This document shows, piece after piece, positions 10,230 through 22,463 of a stretch of DNA of 36,410 nucleotides (the stretch's first letter is position 1; each line of letters opens with the position of its first letter). Under the pieces are notes generated by a model that was not told where the DNA came from, ran no database searches, and saw nothing but the letters and a program-made list of their open reading frames with translations. The stretch lies in NCBI GenBank assembly GCA_010093995.1, contig ML992504.1, positions 1,454,885 to 1,491,294 on the forward strand, read 5' to 3'. The position numbers and the translations under genes were made by a program. The DNA comes from Elsinoe ampelina. Lineage: Eukaryota.

Positions 10230-10717
10230 ATTTCCCCCCCGCGAGTCGCCCGGTCTTTAGCTCGCCTTACTCTTTACCAACAGCAGGAGCGGACAAGGTC
10301 CATGACATGCTTCACCTCCATTTTGGCAAATTATGCACGAGTGCGGCACGGCCAGAGTGACACATGGGACGGATCGTGGCAGAGGGGAACGAGATCGTGC
10401 CGTGGCACGAGGGAGGGCTATTTTTGGTACCCGAGCTGGATAAGGGACCTGAAGTGTGGTAAGCTAGGGGGGTGACGTACCGAGCGGATCGGGTGTGGGG
10501 TGGGGGGACTGTGCGCCTGAGGAGCGCGAGTCGTGGAGTTGAGGTCGAGGGGGAAGCGAGGGTGTGGGGCGAGTCAGGTGTGTGTTTTTGAGATGGAGGA
10601 GAGGTATGTTTGGATCTCATGGACTTGATGTAGATGTCTTGAGCGGTTGGAACTCGGGCCATGAGTTGGAGATACAATTGAGTGTGCAAACGCCTGGCTG
10701 AGGGAGGTGTTACCAGC

Positions 10718-13700
10718 TCAGTCATCTGTCAAGTCAACCAGCTCTGCCATCTCTGCTGGCCTCTTCGCCGGTATGGAGGAGATCGGCGCCCGTCCTTGAG
10801 ATCTTGGTGTCATCTCCTGCAGTGGCGTCCTGGTTGACGCCGATGTAGCTGTATAGCCCGACTCCTTCTCTCGCCGACCCAAAGGCTTCTTCGAGTCCCG
10901 AGCCAAACTCTGCTGGATAGCATCTCCTACCAGCAGATAATGGTATTCAGGCAGCACCAAACGCCTCAGCTCTTTGACACCTACCGACTCAAGCTTCTGC
11001 AGAACTTGGGTGATTCTTGCGTACCAATCAGCCTGGTCCCTCTCTTCCCTCTTGCGGATCTTCTTCATCACCAGGACGAAAGGTCTTTGCGTCCTTTCTG
11101 TCGTGCATTTGAGGTCCTCCCAGCGTGAGTATTCTAGATGCTTGCGGTTCTTCTCATTTGTCGATATGCGATGCACAGTCTGCGTAGGACTCTGCAGGAA
11201 TGGGTTGACGGATCGGCAGACGTCGCATGTGCATCTCATCGGTTCTTTGCTCCAATTGGTCGGCTTACTTGGCTGACGACCAATGTATTGGTTCAGGTAT
11301 GAGACCAGCATGTGGGAGACGGCGGCCTGCATCGGTTGCGACGGCTCCAAAGGAGTACCTTCTCGCCTGACGAGCTCGCCGAGGCCGCAGAACAAAGGTA
11401 TTGTCTGCTCGTGGTATATTCCAGGCTCAGACTCGCCCTTCTCGAGGGTTTGTGCTGCCCACCTGGTCAGGAGCTTCTCAGCCACATCCTGATTACCGTC
11501 TTCTATCAGGTTCTGAAAGACTTGGATGAACGTAGCGGCGGCTTTCTCACCAGCCGGTATGTACCTTGGCCCCCCAATCGGTCCATGGATCCTGTAATCC
11601 CAACGAGTCTGCCATTCTGATTGTACGCCTCGAATTGCGATATCTAGTGTCGTGCACAACATTTCCGCCAGCTCTCGGTATGCTTGTCTGGACTCGATCT
11701 CTCGTGAGAAGGTCGATTTCTTCTGCGCCCATTCAGCAAGAAAGGTAAGCACAAAGGGCTGAGAGGTGGATCCACTGTTTTGTCCATGGAATGATTCTGA
11801 CATACGTTAGGTTGCCAGCACTGGTGATATGGCAATCGAGACTCACAGGTCAAAGAACTCGTCCCGAGGACGCTGCAAGCTGAAGAGCAGCATCGTTGAG
11901 CCGTCAGAACTATCCTTCGGTTCTGTGGCAGCTAAGTATTGCTTGATGAGCTGACCACTCCATTCGTTAAGAACATCACGTGCATGTTTGGCACCATTGT
12001 TGGCGTAAAGGAAACCCTCCCTAAATCTGTCCTGGGCTTTGATCTTGTCAGTGATGGTCTGATGGCGACTCATCAAGCCATTCAAGCTTGTCACACGAGA
12101 TTAGCCCATTGGCACGAGTACAGCAAAGCGGCCTTACCTTGGCGCGAACTTGAGCAGCATCTCTGGTGTGAAAAGCTTGCCATAGTTTGTGTACATCTCC
12201 ACACGCACACAGTCCTGGATGTGATTGATGATTCCATCGAAGAGGGTGACGCTGCGAAGAAACAGTGCGCCCTGTACTACCAGTCCAAGGGTCTGGTCAC
12301 TGAATCTTGGAAGAGACTTCACCTCAGCGTTCTTCCTCTTTGGCAACGCTTGTCTTGGGACGTCGGCCATGTTGTCAACTGCCGACAGCAGTGCATACAG
12401 TTCGTTGGAGAGATTCATATTTCCGGGATCGTTGCGACACTCCGTTATCATGATTTGAACGATGTGGCCCATATCGTGGGTGCCGTCGAAACCAGGTGCT
12501 GTCCTAAAGGCAGTCAATCTCTCATCCGGTACGACAACCATCACCTGTCGGTAGTATCAGCTTTGACCAATTACACAATCGGCCCGTACTGACACTGCTG
12601 TCGTAATGATGATTGTAGACGTTTACGCCGTAGCTCTCTTCTCTACCTTCCTCGCCACCGAACCACTCCTCCTGTACCAGATGGTCTCGTGTGATTGTCA
12701 CTTTTCTCGTTAGTTCCACTCCGTCGAGCCTGGTGACAAGAGGTAAGCTCCATGTCTCTTCGTGGACATCCAGCATGGGATGGAAATCTGCAATCTCCCA
12801 CTCCTCATACTCGTCATACTCTTCACATTCGCCCCTTGCTGTGAGGTGGATATTCGATACGAGTACAGTGAAGCCTTGCTCGCTTCCAATCCGGCGCATT
12901 TGCGATACTACTTTTTCATCCTCTAGGATCAGATTTGGGGTCGTTGGATGGGGACCGATTGTGGTATGCTCCAGCCTCCAGCACAAGCAATTCATGTCGA
13001 CGTAGTCAGGATGACCAAGACTTCTTCTCCAGTGATCGAGTGCTTCCCTCAGCTTCGCATCCGATCGCAGCAACCCGCTCGCTGTCTGCACAGCGGAGCT
13101 GCCAGGATCTACAACGTCGTAAACAAGCGACAGTCTCCTGCCAGACGTCACAGGGGCGACCTGATGCTGCACGTCCGCATACCTCTTCTCGTCAGCTGTA
13201 TTCTACACCGCTGCGTGGATACCCCCCAGATAGCAGACGACACTCCATACGCGGACCCAAGCTCGGACCGCCAGGTCACCTCATATTGACCATGCTTAAG
13301 CAAGGTGGAGCCACCCTCATGCTTAGTCGGCAAACAAACCTCCAGCGTCCCAAGCTTACCCATCACAGCACCATATCTACTTCATCTCAGATACATCTCA
13401 ACAACCAACAGCACCACTCACTTTGGGACCCCCTCCGACCCCTCCTCTCTCAGAACCAAACTCCTCAACACCGCCCTCACCCTCCCCCCAGCCCCCACCT
13501 CCACCCCAAGCTCCCGCAACCCACCCCTCAACAACCCTCCCACCGTCCCCCCTTCCCACGCCGGATTCTCCATCCTCACCCTCCCCCCCTCAACCTCCCA
13601 CGTCCCCCTCCCCACCCCCCTCCCCGCCCCCTTCAACCCCTCCGCATCCCCCACAGGCAACGCCACACTCCCCACCCCCTCCACCACCAACGCCGGGAAC

Positions 13701-13870
13701 TCGGACCCGCTCTGCGCGCTGCTGTACGCGAAACCCCCCTTTTGTTCGCCGCCGAAGCACGCCTCGATGTCAGCCTTCAGTTGCGCGAGGTCGTACGCGT
13801 CCTCGTCCGAGACGGGACCCGGGCGGAGGTGTTCCCCTCCTTTGAAGAGCCAGAGGTCTGGGCCAGGCAT
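10718..13870 (-). CDS. Large fungal 2OG-Fe(II) oxygenase-like protein, degenerate and possibly a pseudogene; about 6 exons
   Basis: Family-like segments PALVVEGVGSVALP, TWEVEGGRVRMENPAW, LGTLEVCLPTKHEGG, YADVQHQVAPVTSGRRLSLVYDV and C-terminal CTCDVCRSVNPFL..RKHLE..TTER..PFVLVMKK. Introns 13421-13377, about 13222-13185 (ambiguous), 12593-12545, 12137-12087, and 11846-11797 or 11846-11775. Confidence 0.7.
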
Positions 13871-14275
13871 GCTGGTCGACACTGACAGCGCTGGACCAGG
13901 TCTCGGATAGCGAGGAGGGTTGGGGTACCGAGGTAGGGTGAACGCATGGTCAGGTGCGACGCGTTTTCAGGACCACGCGATGGGTCTTGGACCATGACGT
14001 CGAGGTGCATGGGGCCCGGAGGGACGTGGGGGTTTCGCGTTTTGCGATCCCGGTCCTGAAGCCCCGTGGAGAATTTCCCGATCCGGCAGTTTTCAACAAG
14101 CGGACTTGGGGTTTGGCGTTCGGCCTGGGGGGGTCAATAAAGTCTTTTGATTTCATTCTCATGTCTAGTCCCTGGGTATCAATGAAGCCAGACCCGACGC
14201 CTTGGTACTATGCATGCAGGCTTCTTGCTCTGCTCCTGTGACATAGGAGATGCTCTACCTGCTTCTGGGGGCCGA

Positions 14276-15433
14276 TCATGCTCCGGCGGCTTCCATGCCT
14301 CGTCGCACTTCGCCTGCTACGCCTTCGAATCCTTCCATGACGCTTCTGCATTCGCCTGCTGCCCAGCGACTTGCTAGTTTTGCGTCCCATCCGCCGCTGT
14401 CTATCCAGTATCTGCCTTGGTCGGCGAGGTCATACTCTCGCCGGAGATCCTCGACCATTGATGTGCTGACTTTGAGAGCTCGTGCTGCGTTGGTAGATAC
14501 TTGTTTGCTCATCTGTAGACTGTCCAACAGTCCGGACAAAGCGGATTGGAGATCTGACGTGTCCCGGGATAGCTTTGTGGATTGCTGCAGGACTGACGTG
14601 TCTGGTAGAGGAAGGACTTTGGAGAGCGATACTAGCAACTGACACAATTCGTCAATGTCCTCGACAGACAGTGGTATCGCAAAGGTCAATGGAGACAGTA
14701 TGCTCGCTGTTGCCGATTGGAGAGCCTTTGTATGAGTCGCTAAGGAGGATGCAGTACTATTCGTCGACGTCGTCAATCGGTGCGCAAGTGTCTCAAGTGT
14801 AGACTGGTTTGACAAATCTCGCAGAGCAGAGAGCGTCCTGGCTGTGGTATCCGCTTGCGGTCCTGACAGAGATGCCGCCAATCTCGAAATGCTACCCATA
14901 GCTTCTTCCAATTCTGGCGAGAAATCAGGTTCTGTCACCACGGATCGTGACGAAGTCGGGCGGGAGAAGTTAATCGAGCCGGCTTTGCGTCGTGGTGATT
15001 TGAGCTTGTTTGGTGTGCCTTTGAATCCAACGTCGACGCCGCTATCTCGAGAGCCGTCAGGTTGTGGTGGATCCGCGAGTTCAAACGGCGTCGATTCTCG
15101 TGGTGTGAAGACTCCATCCTCTTCCATGATTGATCCTCCTTCGCCCCAGTCGTCCTCATCGGCAGAGTCCAGCTCGTCTGCAAGCGTGCCCATCCCACTC
15201 ACACTGCGATTTCGCTGCTCTGTAGGCGAAGGGAGTTCGTCATAGCCATTGGAGAACCGGGATGAAGTGGAGAGCCGACGATTCGAATAGCTTGAGCATC
15301 GTCGCTCCACAGAGAATGAATGTGTACTCGAGAAGGACGATGACCGTTGACTATTCGGGCGCCTTGATTGCGAGGGTGAGCCAGGTTTGCTAGGCGCAAA
15401 TGGGTGAAGAGGTGTGAGTGGAGGTGATTCCAT
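14276..15433 (-). CDS. Conserved-looking fungal hypothetical protein (385 aa), Ser-rich N-terminus and helical C-terminus
   Basis: Single uninterrupted ORF with MGTLADELDSADEDDW and C-terminal GGWDAKLASRWAAGECRSVMEGFE segments. Confidence 0.75.
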   Translation of the reverse strand: MESPPLTPLHPFAPSKPGSPSQSRRPNSQRSSSFSSTHSFSVERRCSSYSNRRLSTSSRFSNGYDELPSPTEQRNRSVSGMGTLADELDSADEDDWGEGGSIMEEDGVFTPRESTPFELADPPQPDGSRDSGVDVGFKGTPNKLKSPRRKAGSINFSRPTSSRSVVTEPDFSPELEEAMGSISRLAASLSGPQADTTARTLSALRDLSNQSTLETLAHRLTTSTNSTASSLATHTKALQSATASILSPLTFAIPLSVEDIDELCQLLVSLSKVLPLPDTSVLQQSTKLSRDTSDLQSALSGLLDSLQMSKQVSTNAARALKVSTSMVEDLRREYDLADQGRYWIDSGGWDAKLASRWAAGECRSVMEGFEGVAGEVRRGMEAAGA

Positions 15434-16285
15434 GGTGGTAGAAGCCTTGGGTGGGAGAGACGTGGTTGAATTATCGTGTGCTTGCCGATGGTCCCGGTAT
15501 TACCTGTTCTGTCATGACTTCCTACTCTTTCGATTGTCGTGTGTATTGCCGGGATGGATATGGAATCAATGTATTAGCTATACAAGTTGTTTGTGAGAAA
15601 GCAAAGAATGATGTCGATGGATCAACAACGGCATGCAAGACGCTCGGACGCAAGTCCAGCCATTCCGTGGGTCAAGACAAGACCGTATGCGGAGCAACAT
15701 CAGGAACGTGACCTGATTCTCATGACTTTTTTTATTGTACCACGCGTTCCCGTCGCTGATTCGGTCAGGAAGCACGCTGGAAAGGCTCCCGAGCAGGAGT
15801 GTGAACAGGATGGAGAGGACGTAGTGGTGGTCTGGGCTTCCTCGGGCTGGGTATACCGTATAGTGGTGATCTGCAACACGAGGGCTGGAATTCTCACTCG
15901 GGTCAATGAAACATACACTTAAGACGGCACAAAACACTCCATAGTCCAGCGACAGAACGCTTCCATTACATGCAGATCTACCTATGACGCAAACCCCATT
16001 TCAAGTCGGTCTAGTCCGGTCCTTGACGGCGACAGCGACTTCATGATCCTCCAAACGCCAGCCGGTCGTGACCACGCTTAGCCGATTCCCGACCTGTTCG
16101 TCCAAATCCAGTCTGCTACTGCGCAGACATTGTGTGCTCCATCTTCGGCGCCGAGATATCGCCCGATGAGGTGCCAACCTGCGCCCGCCAACTCCATCGC
16201 ATGAAAAGCAAACCGCAAGTAGTGCCAATACACATCCTCCCACATCCAAGCGTCATCACTTCCTGGCTCGCTACCTCAAACCCCT

Positions 16286-19200
16286 CTAAGGCGTGTCCAC
16301 TCCCAGTCCCTCTCCCTTCTCTCCCTTGTGCTTCTTCCAAAACTTCAGACCCTTGAGCATGCTCGCTGACCGACTCGACCTAAGATCCGGTCGGCTCATG
16401 TGGTGACCATCACCTGAGCTCGCTCGCCCATCATCGCTACCTCCACTGATGTTGCCGCCCATGGCAGGTTTAGGACTGAGCCCTGCCGTCACTTGCGAAG
16501 CAGTGCTATTCTTTCCAGGTGAGCTCGCCGCCTTGGCCAGCATATCAGGGCCGTAAACTGACATTGTTTGATGCACTTTCGTGCCACCACCCAAATTACT
16601 CTTCGGGTCTTGTTTGAGGAACTTGAAGTCCTCGGAGCGGTTCTTGTGTGTATATGGTTCCGGCTCGGGAGGTTCGGCTACATCATCGCCCAAGGATGAA
16701 GCTTTTGTGGAAGGTGAAGTCTGACCACCGGCTTCAGCAGTCGATGTAGCTTGACTGCGGGACGACGGGACCGAGGGATCAACCTGAGAGTGTGATACTA
16801 CAGACTTGATTGGTGATGGCGGAGCGGAGATGTCGAGGATTTCGCGAGCAGCTGGAGAAGGGTGTGTTTGCACAAATATAGTGGTAGACAGAGGATCGAC
16901 ACCGCCATTCTGAGCATTGTGCTTCGCATTCTGATCATCATGGAGACCGCTGTAGACACTTGAATGGCGACGTCCAGTTTCGATTACTTCAATGTGGTCA
17001 GTCAGTATGTCCAAAATAGACCTTTCCGACTACTTGGGAGCTGTGTTACCTGGTGTTCGTGTCGTCTCGTGAGGCGTGATTGCACCGGCGTGCTCATCGA
17101 TATTCGGTAGGTTCGTCTCGCTTGCTTGATGAGTCAAGCTGATGCCGCTGCGGCTGCGGTCTTTTGCGGTGGCGCCCAGCGTGGAATTGCTGTCACTCTC
17201 GCCCGGGTTCGGTGACAACCGCTCTCTCTGATCAATCGAATCAGTTTCACTGGGTGTTGCTGTGCTTCGGGAGAGTGGTGAGAGCGGACCACGAGCGAAT
17301 GACATCTTCCTGCTATTCTCCGCCTCTATTCTTTCCTGCCAAATAGCCTTGTTGGTGCTGAGTTCTGCAAGGGTGAAGCGCATTTCGGGGAGGACGGCTG
17401 AAACACCTTCAAAGAGGGGACGTGCAAAAATGTTCATGAAGCCAAGTTGGGACTCAGCTAGCTTGAGGAAGTCATTGGGGTCTGGTGGACCGCCAAAGAG
17501 GCAGGTCGGGAGGTTCAGTTCCTTCTCCATAGCTCCTTGGTTTGCGAATTCGTCGGTGAGGACACGTGCCCATTGAGCGGCGCAAGCGTATTTTCGTGCC
17601 TTTGTCTTGCTTAGCCGTTGTGCATCATCGGATGCACCAGGATACTTACCACGTTGCTAATGTCGGCACACTTAATGAGAAGTCCGCAGACTAGATCCCG
17701 ATTCTCGTCGGTCACCTTTGGCACGTAGCCGTCTGCTGTTGACTGAGCGGCGGCAAGCTTTTCTTGTAGCGAGCTCATCTCCTTCATGTATTTGAAGTGC
17801 AGACCCATGTCAGTTGCGAGAATGGTGGTGATCATCAGTTTGCGCATAGCCATGTCGTCAAAGGCAGCTGGCCAGTATCGGCGGAGGATCTGTGAATAAG
17901 CTGCGCAGTGAAACGCTTCAAGGACAGATCGATCATTGTAGAGCTGAGCCAAGGGAGCATTGAGTGCGACCAAGAACGCATTGTTCACACCAGGGTGTCC
18001 AACGTCATGGCCCAGAGCAGCGACCAGTAGCGTCAGCGCATCGAAAGGACGGAGGACGGCAGCAATAGCGTTGCTTGGCTTTGCCGAAAGTTTGCCTTCG
18101 ACCTGGTATGGTGGCAGGAGACCAATGCGAAGAAGAAAGTAGAAGATGGCCTGAAGCACATCGACCACGTGTCGAAAGTTGTGGTAAAGTACAAAGTCAT
18201 TATAAGCTTTTCGGCATGCCATAATGAAGATCGTCAAGTCGTCTAGAATGGTCAGATGTTGCGCAAGAGGTTTGTCGTCGACTTGTCATACCAGAAGAAA
18301 TCGTCCACCTCCTAAGCTCATCACCTTCGAGGGCGTGCTGGATCATAACTCGAGCGGCGTGGACCAGCTCATCGCTGGTGAAGTCATGTGCCGAGAAGGA
18401 CCACTGTCCTACTGCATTCTCGACGATAGTCTTACGCCCCTCTTCAAGTCTCAAATCGCTGTACAGGTCAGTATCATAATACGTCTGTGGTGTATACACA
18501 CTTACCTTGGGTCGAACGTGTCGTTTATCGTTTCAGGATTGCAGATGCCTTCCATCAAGTTGGACACCATGGCTTCCCGTAAGTACGCAAAAGGTCTCTC
18601 CTCATCAATACCGATCCACGAAAGCTTCCTGTTGCGCTTTGTGAGTATCGAGCTGGTGTCTTCTTTCGCGTACTCCTTGAAGACGCGATATGCGTGAATC
18701 GTCAATCCCTGCACACGATCAGGCGACAGAGGACTGGTAAGAACGTCGGTAGCTCCGATGTCAAGATACTTGATCCCTCTCACAGAGTCCGGCGAGCATT
18801 TCGACAGGGCCCATAATGAAGGCTCTTCTTCGAGTGCTGCGCGTGCAGCTTCGGCATTCACTGTGACCGCGACTGGTATGATCAGGCGGGACATTGATCG
18901 TTGTTGAATGCTGCTGCAGATGTGCGAAAGCATGTGTATACCGTAGAGGTCGAAAGGCTCATTCTTTTCCACCGTGCTTGGCGGGTTTGAAGACAGGGGA
19001 GAAACGATATGTGACTCGTCGTTATCGGGTATGTCGATGAGGAGGAGTGTAGGAGGTTGAGAGATTGGGTCTTCCATCTGGGAGAGGCGCTTGAGGCATG
19101 ATTGACCGTCCGCGCAGACGTATACTACTTTTTTCAGTATTCCCTCCGTCCACCGAGGTGGTATATCTTACCATCATTGAATGTTGTGAGTATCGACTGG

Positions 19201-19352
19201 AGATTCTGTTTGACAATCTCTTCGTCTAAATCTTTTCCGACCGCTGCGCTGTCAATTCTTCCGACAAACTCTTTCAGATCATCTCTTTTGACCAATCCCG
19301 TGTTTTGCGACCGTCTGTCTAGGTAGATGACATTACACCGACCGATATCCAT
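16286..19352 (-). CDS. pdeH: High-affinity (class I) cAMP phosphodiesterase, PdeH/Pde2-type; 6 exons (19352-19172, 19124-18506, 18458-18292, 18242-17650, 17599-17050, 16986-16286)
   Basis: Class I PDE motifs YHNFRHVVDVLQA, HDVGHPGVNNAFL, YNDRSVLEAFH, ILATDMGLHF and LIKCADISNVAR. Five GT-AG introns with branch sites join the exons in frame. The C-terminus contains LKFWKK. Confidence 0.92.
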
Positions 19353-21099
19353 CTCGACTGAAACGGCCCCGACCTGGTTCGGCGCAGAATATTGTGAAAA
19401 AGGGTCGATGCGATTGTGTCGCAATCACTGCATGACGCAGTATCCGTGATGAATGTGGATCCAGTTCCTGGATTGAAGACCTCCCCAGGGCGTGCTTGAT
19501 CAGACGTACTCGGGTGGTATGCGGGGAGTTTGAGGTGTCAACTTTCAGCTCCCAAGTCGTTCGACTCGCGCGGAGATGTCGTCCCTGAATTCCAAAAGTA
19601 CCAAAGAGATCGCCAGTCGAGTTATGATATTACGCGAAGAGCTTGAATGTGCGATATGCTGACCGAAAGTCCTTGTCGTTGCCCGCACTGGACCGAGTAA
19701 GCTCAAAGGCAGAATCGCACGTAAACGGAAAGGGGGAATTGAAGGGTCGAGTATGTCGAGCGGCGGTGATGGCGATGCGCAGAAAAGGGAAAATCAATGG
19801 CGAATCACGATGGTGTGAGAGGATGTGCAAAGAGGTGAGGAGAAAGTTGAAGCGTGACAGTGATCCTCGAAAAAGAAGATCGACAGTCACTGCAGAAAGC
19901 GGGACCTCTGGTCTGTCACTGATTCGCGACACCACTCTAGCATCCCCGTCGACTACCGCCAGGCACACAGCAACTCTGGCTGCTACTCTGCCAGCAATCC
20001 ACGGACCGACAACGCTTCCCGCTGCAGCGTCAATCAGCAATCAACATCAAGCCGCCGTTGCTACTCACTGTACAGGCGATGCTGATCTGCTTTGTCGCCA
20101 TCCGGGGGGCCCAGCCAGTCATGGGCTCGACGGAAAGGCAGTAGTGGGAACGTCCTATCAACGGGCGAGAACGGCAGGTGAACGGCCTCTGTATCCAGCC
20201 AGGACCGCCAGTACGAGAGATTGATGATCACCGCTGACCAGCCTGACCCCCTGACAAGTCCGCCGGCCACGGCCAATCACATCCCCCGCCCGCCTTCTAC
20301 GTGCCTTCCACCATCCTTCTTCGGCCCTTCGATATGACGAGAAGATCCGTGGCATCCCCTCACCAGAAGCTTTGTGGAAACGGGTAAGGCGACGATCATT
20401 CACACGGACTGTGTTTGTTCAGGCACGAAGGATCACTCTTTGCCTTGTTCTACACAAACTACCGATGATTCTACGCGTGTCGAAAATGAACACACAAATG
20501 TACATGGTCACGTTCGCACTGGAAGACCCTGTTTAGCTCGGACTCGTCGACCGCGCCGCCAAACACAAACGCGCTACCGCTGTTGCTCGACTGTCACCTT
20601 CTGCGTACGTCGGCTGTCGCTCCACATCTTCCAGAGTTGCATCTCGACTGCCCAGTGATAACGGTTCCGTCGTTCAACCTGTCCGGCTGTACACGAGAAA
20701 AAAAAAAGGCCCGGTATTCCGTGCTACTGTACCAGCAACCAGATTGTCGTTGGTGATTATCGACACATCGCTTTTGTTGCGCCCGTCGCTCACAGAAAGC
20801 CCAAACGGCCAATAAAGATCTATCTTGATGCGTGTGCATCACTGGTCGTACAGAGCTTGATTCCCTCACAAGCAGCTTCTTCCTCGGCAATCTCACCTTG
20901 CGCAATGAACGGTGTCTGCTGCCGTCGTTCCACTTCCATTTCCCGGACGGCTTGATGCTTACTGATATGTATGTTGAGTCCTCGGCGCCGGCCTCTTTAC
21001 CGTGATGGGTTCTCGACAGCTGTCATCGGTGTCTCGCATGATCAGCGATATTGCTGGCAACGTATTCTCGCTGACCACAAGCTGCTACCAAGATTCCTG

Positions 21100-22245
21100 T
21101 CAGCCAGTTGCTTCGATTGGTTGTCGATGCAGTGCCATGCTAGATCCCTCCCTCAACGCTGTGACCAATCTTGGTAAGAGCTTCTCGGTCGGATGAGCAC
21201 AACGGACGGCGTCCCTGCCGGTGTTGCTCGGGAATATGTCCTTGAGAAACTGCTCCTCTCCTCTGACACCTCCAAGATTAGCTATTGCTATTGGCATATT
21301 TGCGTCCTTTGCTCTCTTGACCAGACGCCATGCAGAATAAGTAGCGAGTGAGGAGCCGAGGACGAGAACACTGCTTGCGTCATCGACCGCTGCTTCGGCT
21401 GCTTCCTTGGTGGAAGCCGGTATAGACTCTCCGAACATGATTACATTTGGCTTCAGTATACCGGCGGTCGAGGTCGGCAGCCACGATCCGTCTTTGTCAA
21501 CATCAACTTGACCCCGTTTACCATCTATGGTTGGTGGTCGTTCAGCGCAGCTCGGACAAGGTGGGTATTTGAATGTGTTGTACTCGACACCAGGCACGTC
21601 GACGTCTCCATCTGGGTTCGTCTTCAGTCCTTTCTTTCGCCGTTCCTCGGGATGTTCCGTTGTCAATGCTCCTGATTCCAGCATCTCATCGAGAAAGTCT
21701 GCCCAAGGAGGATTGAGTTTCCGAAGATCCAATTGGAATTGACTTCGATCATATTCTTGCCGACATGAAAGACAAACAGCCGTCCTCAAGTAGCCATGAA
21801 GTTCGATGGTATGTGTTTGCGGATGTGCCATTTTGTGGAACGAATCTACGTTCTGTGTAATCACACTTGACACCAATCCCATGTCCGCCAGATCTGCTAC
21901 CGCATGATGTGTTGGGTTCGGTCGTGACTTGTGCAGATTCGTCCACCCCAAGAATGATCTTGCCCAGTATCGCTTCCTGGCTTCATGACTAGCACAGAAT
22001 TCGTGAAAGTAGATGGGTCGATATGTTTTGTTCAATGTGTATGTCCCAGCTGTTCCTCTATAATCTGCCAATCCTGATGCTACAGAGATTCCAGCTCCAG
22101 TGAGTAGAAGAGTCCCCTTAGTCCTGTCTGGTGCCGTAAGGAAGTCGTACAGAGATGCAATGGCTCCAGAGATCGAAGTTGCTGTGGCTGGTATGATGGT
22201 CGGGCTAGGCAGAGGGGCCGTGTAAGGTATTCTCATAAGCCCCAT
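21100..22245 (-). CDS. Sir2-family NAD-dependent deacylase, class II (SIRT4-like)
   Basis: LLTGAGISVASGLADYRG, RKRYWARSFLGW, ITQNVDSFH, ELHG, Zn motifs CLSC/CPSC, LKPNVIMFGE and LGSSLATYSAWRLV. Start is probably ATG 22245 or 22236. Confidence 0.92.
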   Translation of the reverse strand: MGLMRIPYTAPLPSPTIIPATATSISGAIASLYDFLTAPDRTKGTLLLTGAGISVASGLADYRGTAGTYTLNKTYRPIYFHEFCASHEARKRYWARSFLGWTNLHKSRPNPTHHAVADLADMGLVSSVITQNVDSFHKMAHPQTHTIELHGYLRTAVCLSCRQEYDRSQFQLDLRKLNPPWADFLDEMLESGALTTEHPEERRKKGLKTNPDGDVDVPGVEYNTFKYPPCPSCAERPPTIDGKRGQVDVDKDGSWLPTSTAGILKPNVIMFGESIPASTKEAAEAAVDDASSVLVLGSSLATYSAWRLVKRAKDANMPIAIANLGGVRGEEQFLKDIFPSNTGRDAVRCAHPTEKLLPRLVTALREGSSMALHRQPIEATG

Positions 22246-22463
22246 GGGTCCGTCAAAGGTATTACCTTGGATGTCCTTCGTGCAACAAATGTGATGACCA
22301 GGAACAGAACTCCAGATCTGAGATCGCGAGATGGGAGATCTCGAAAATGACGTCACCAGCTTGCGAGTGTGGGGGCGTGTCCACGAGGAAATGTTTGTCG
22401 AGCAACTTTACGTTTCCATCTCTTGGTCACTGTCACGTGAAGGAAGATCCGTCATTAGCCAGC

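Noticed and set aside
13305..13910. Pro-rich plus-strand ORFs resembling extensin
   Set aside because: They are antisense shadows of the G-rich first exon of the 2OG oxygenase-like gene.
15578..15937. Short overlapping ORFs between the hypothetical gene and the PDE 3' end
   Set aside because: No recognisable motif or convincing gene structure; probably UTR or promoter sequence.
16987..17049. In-frame TAG (17032-17030) between two same-frame ORFs of the phosphodiesterase, resembling a second readthrough site
   Set aside because: It lies inside a 63-nt intron with a GTAACA donor, two CTGAC branch motifs and an AAG acceptor that splices in frame. The context TAG TCG is not leaky.
19430..21050. 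ORFs of 60-190 aa upstream of the PDE gene
   Set aside because: No domain signal. The region is better explained as the long PDE leader and promoter, with a possible UTR intron donor GTACGT at 19509 on the minus strand.
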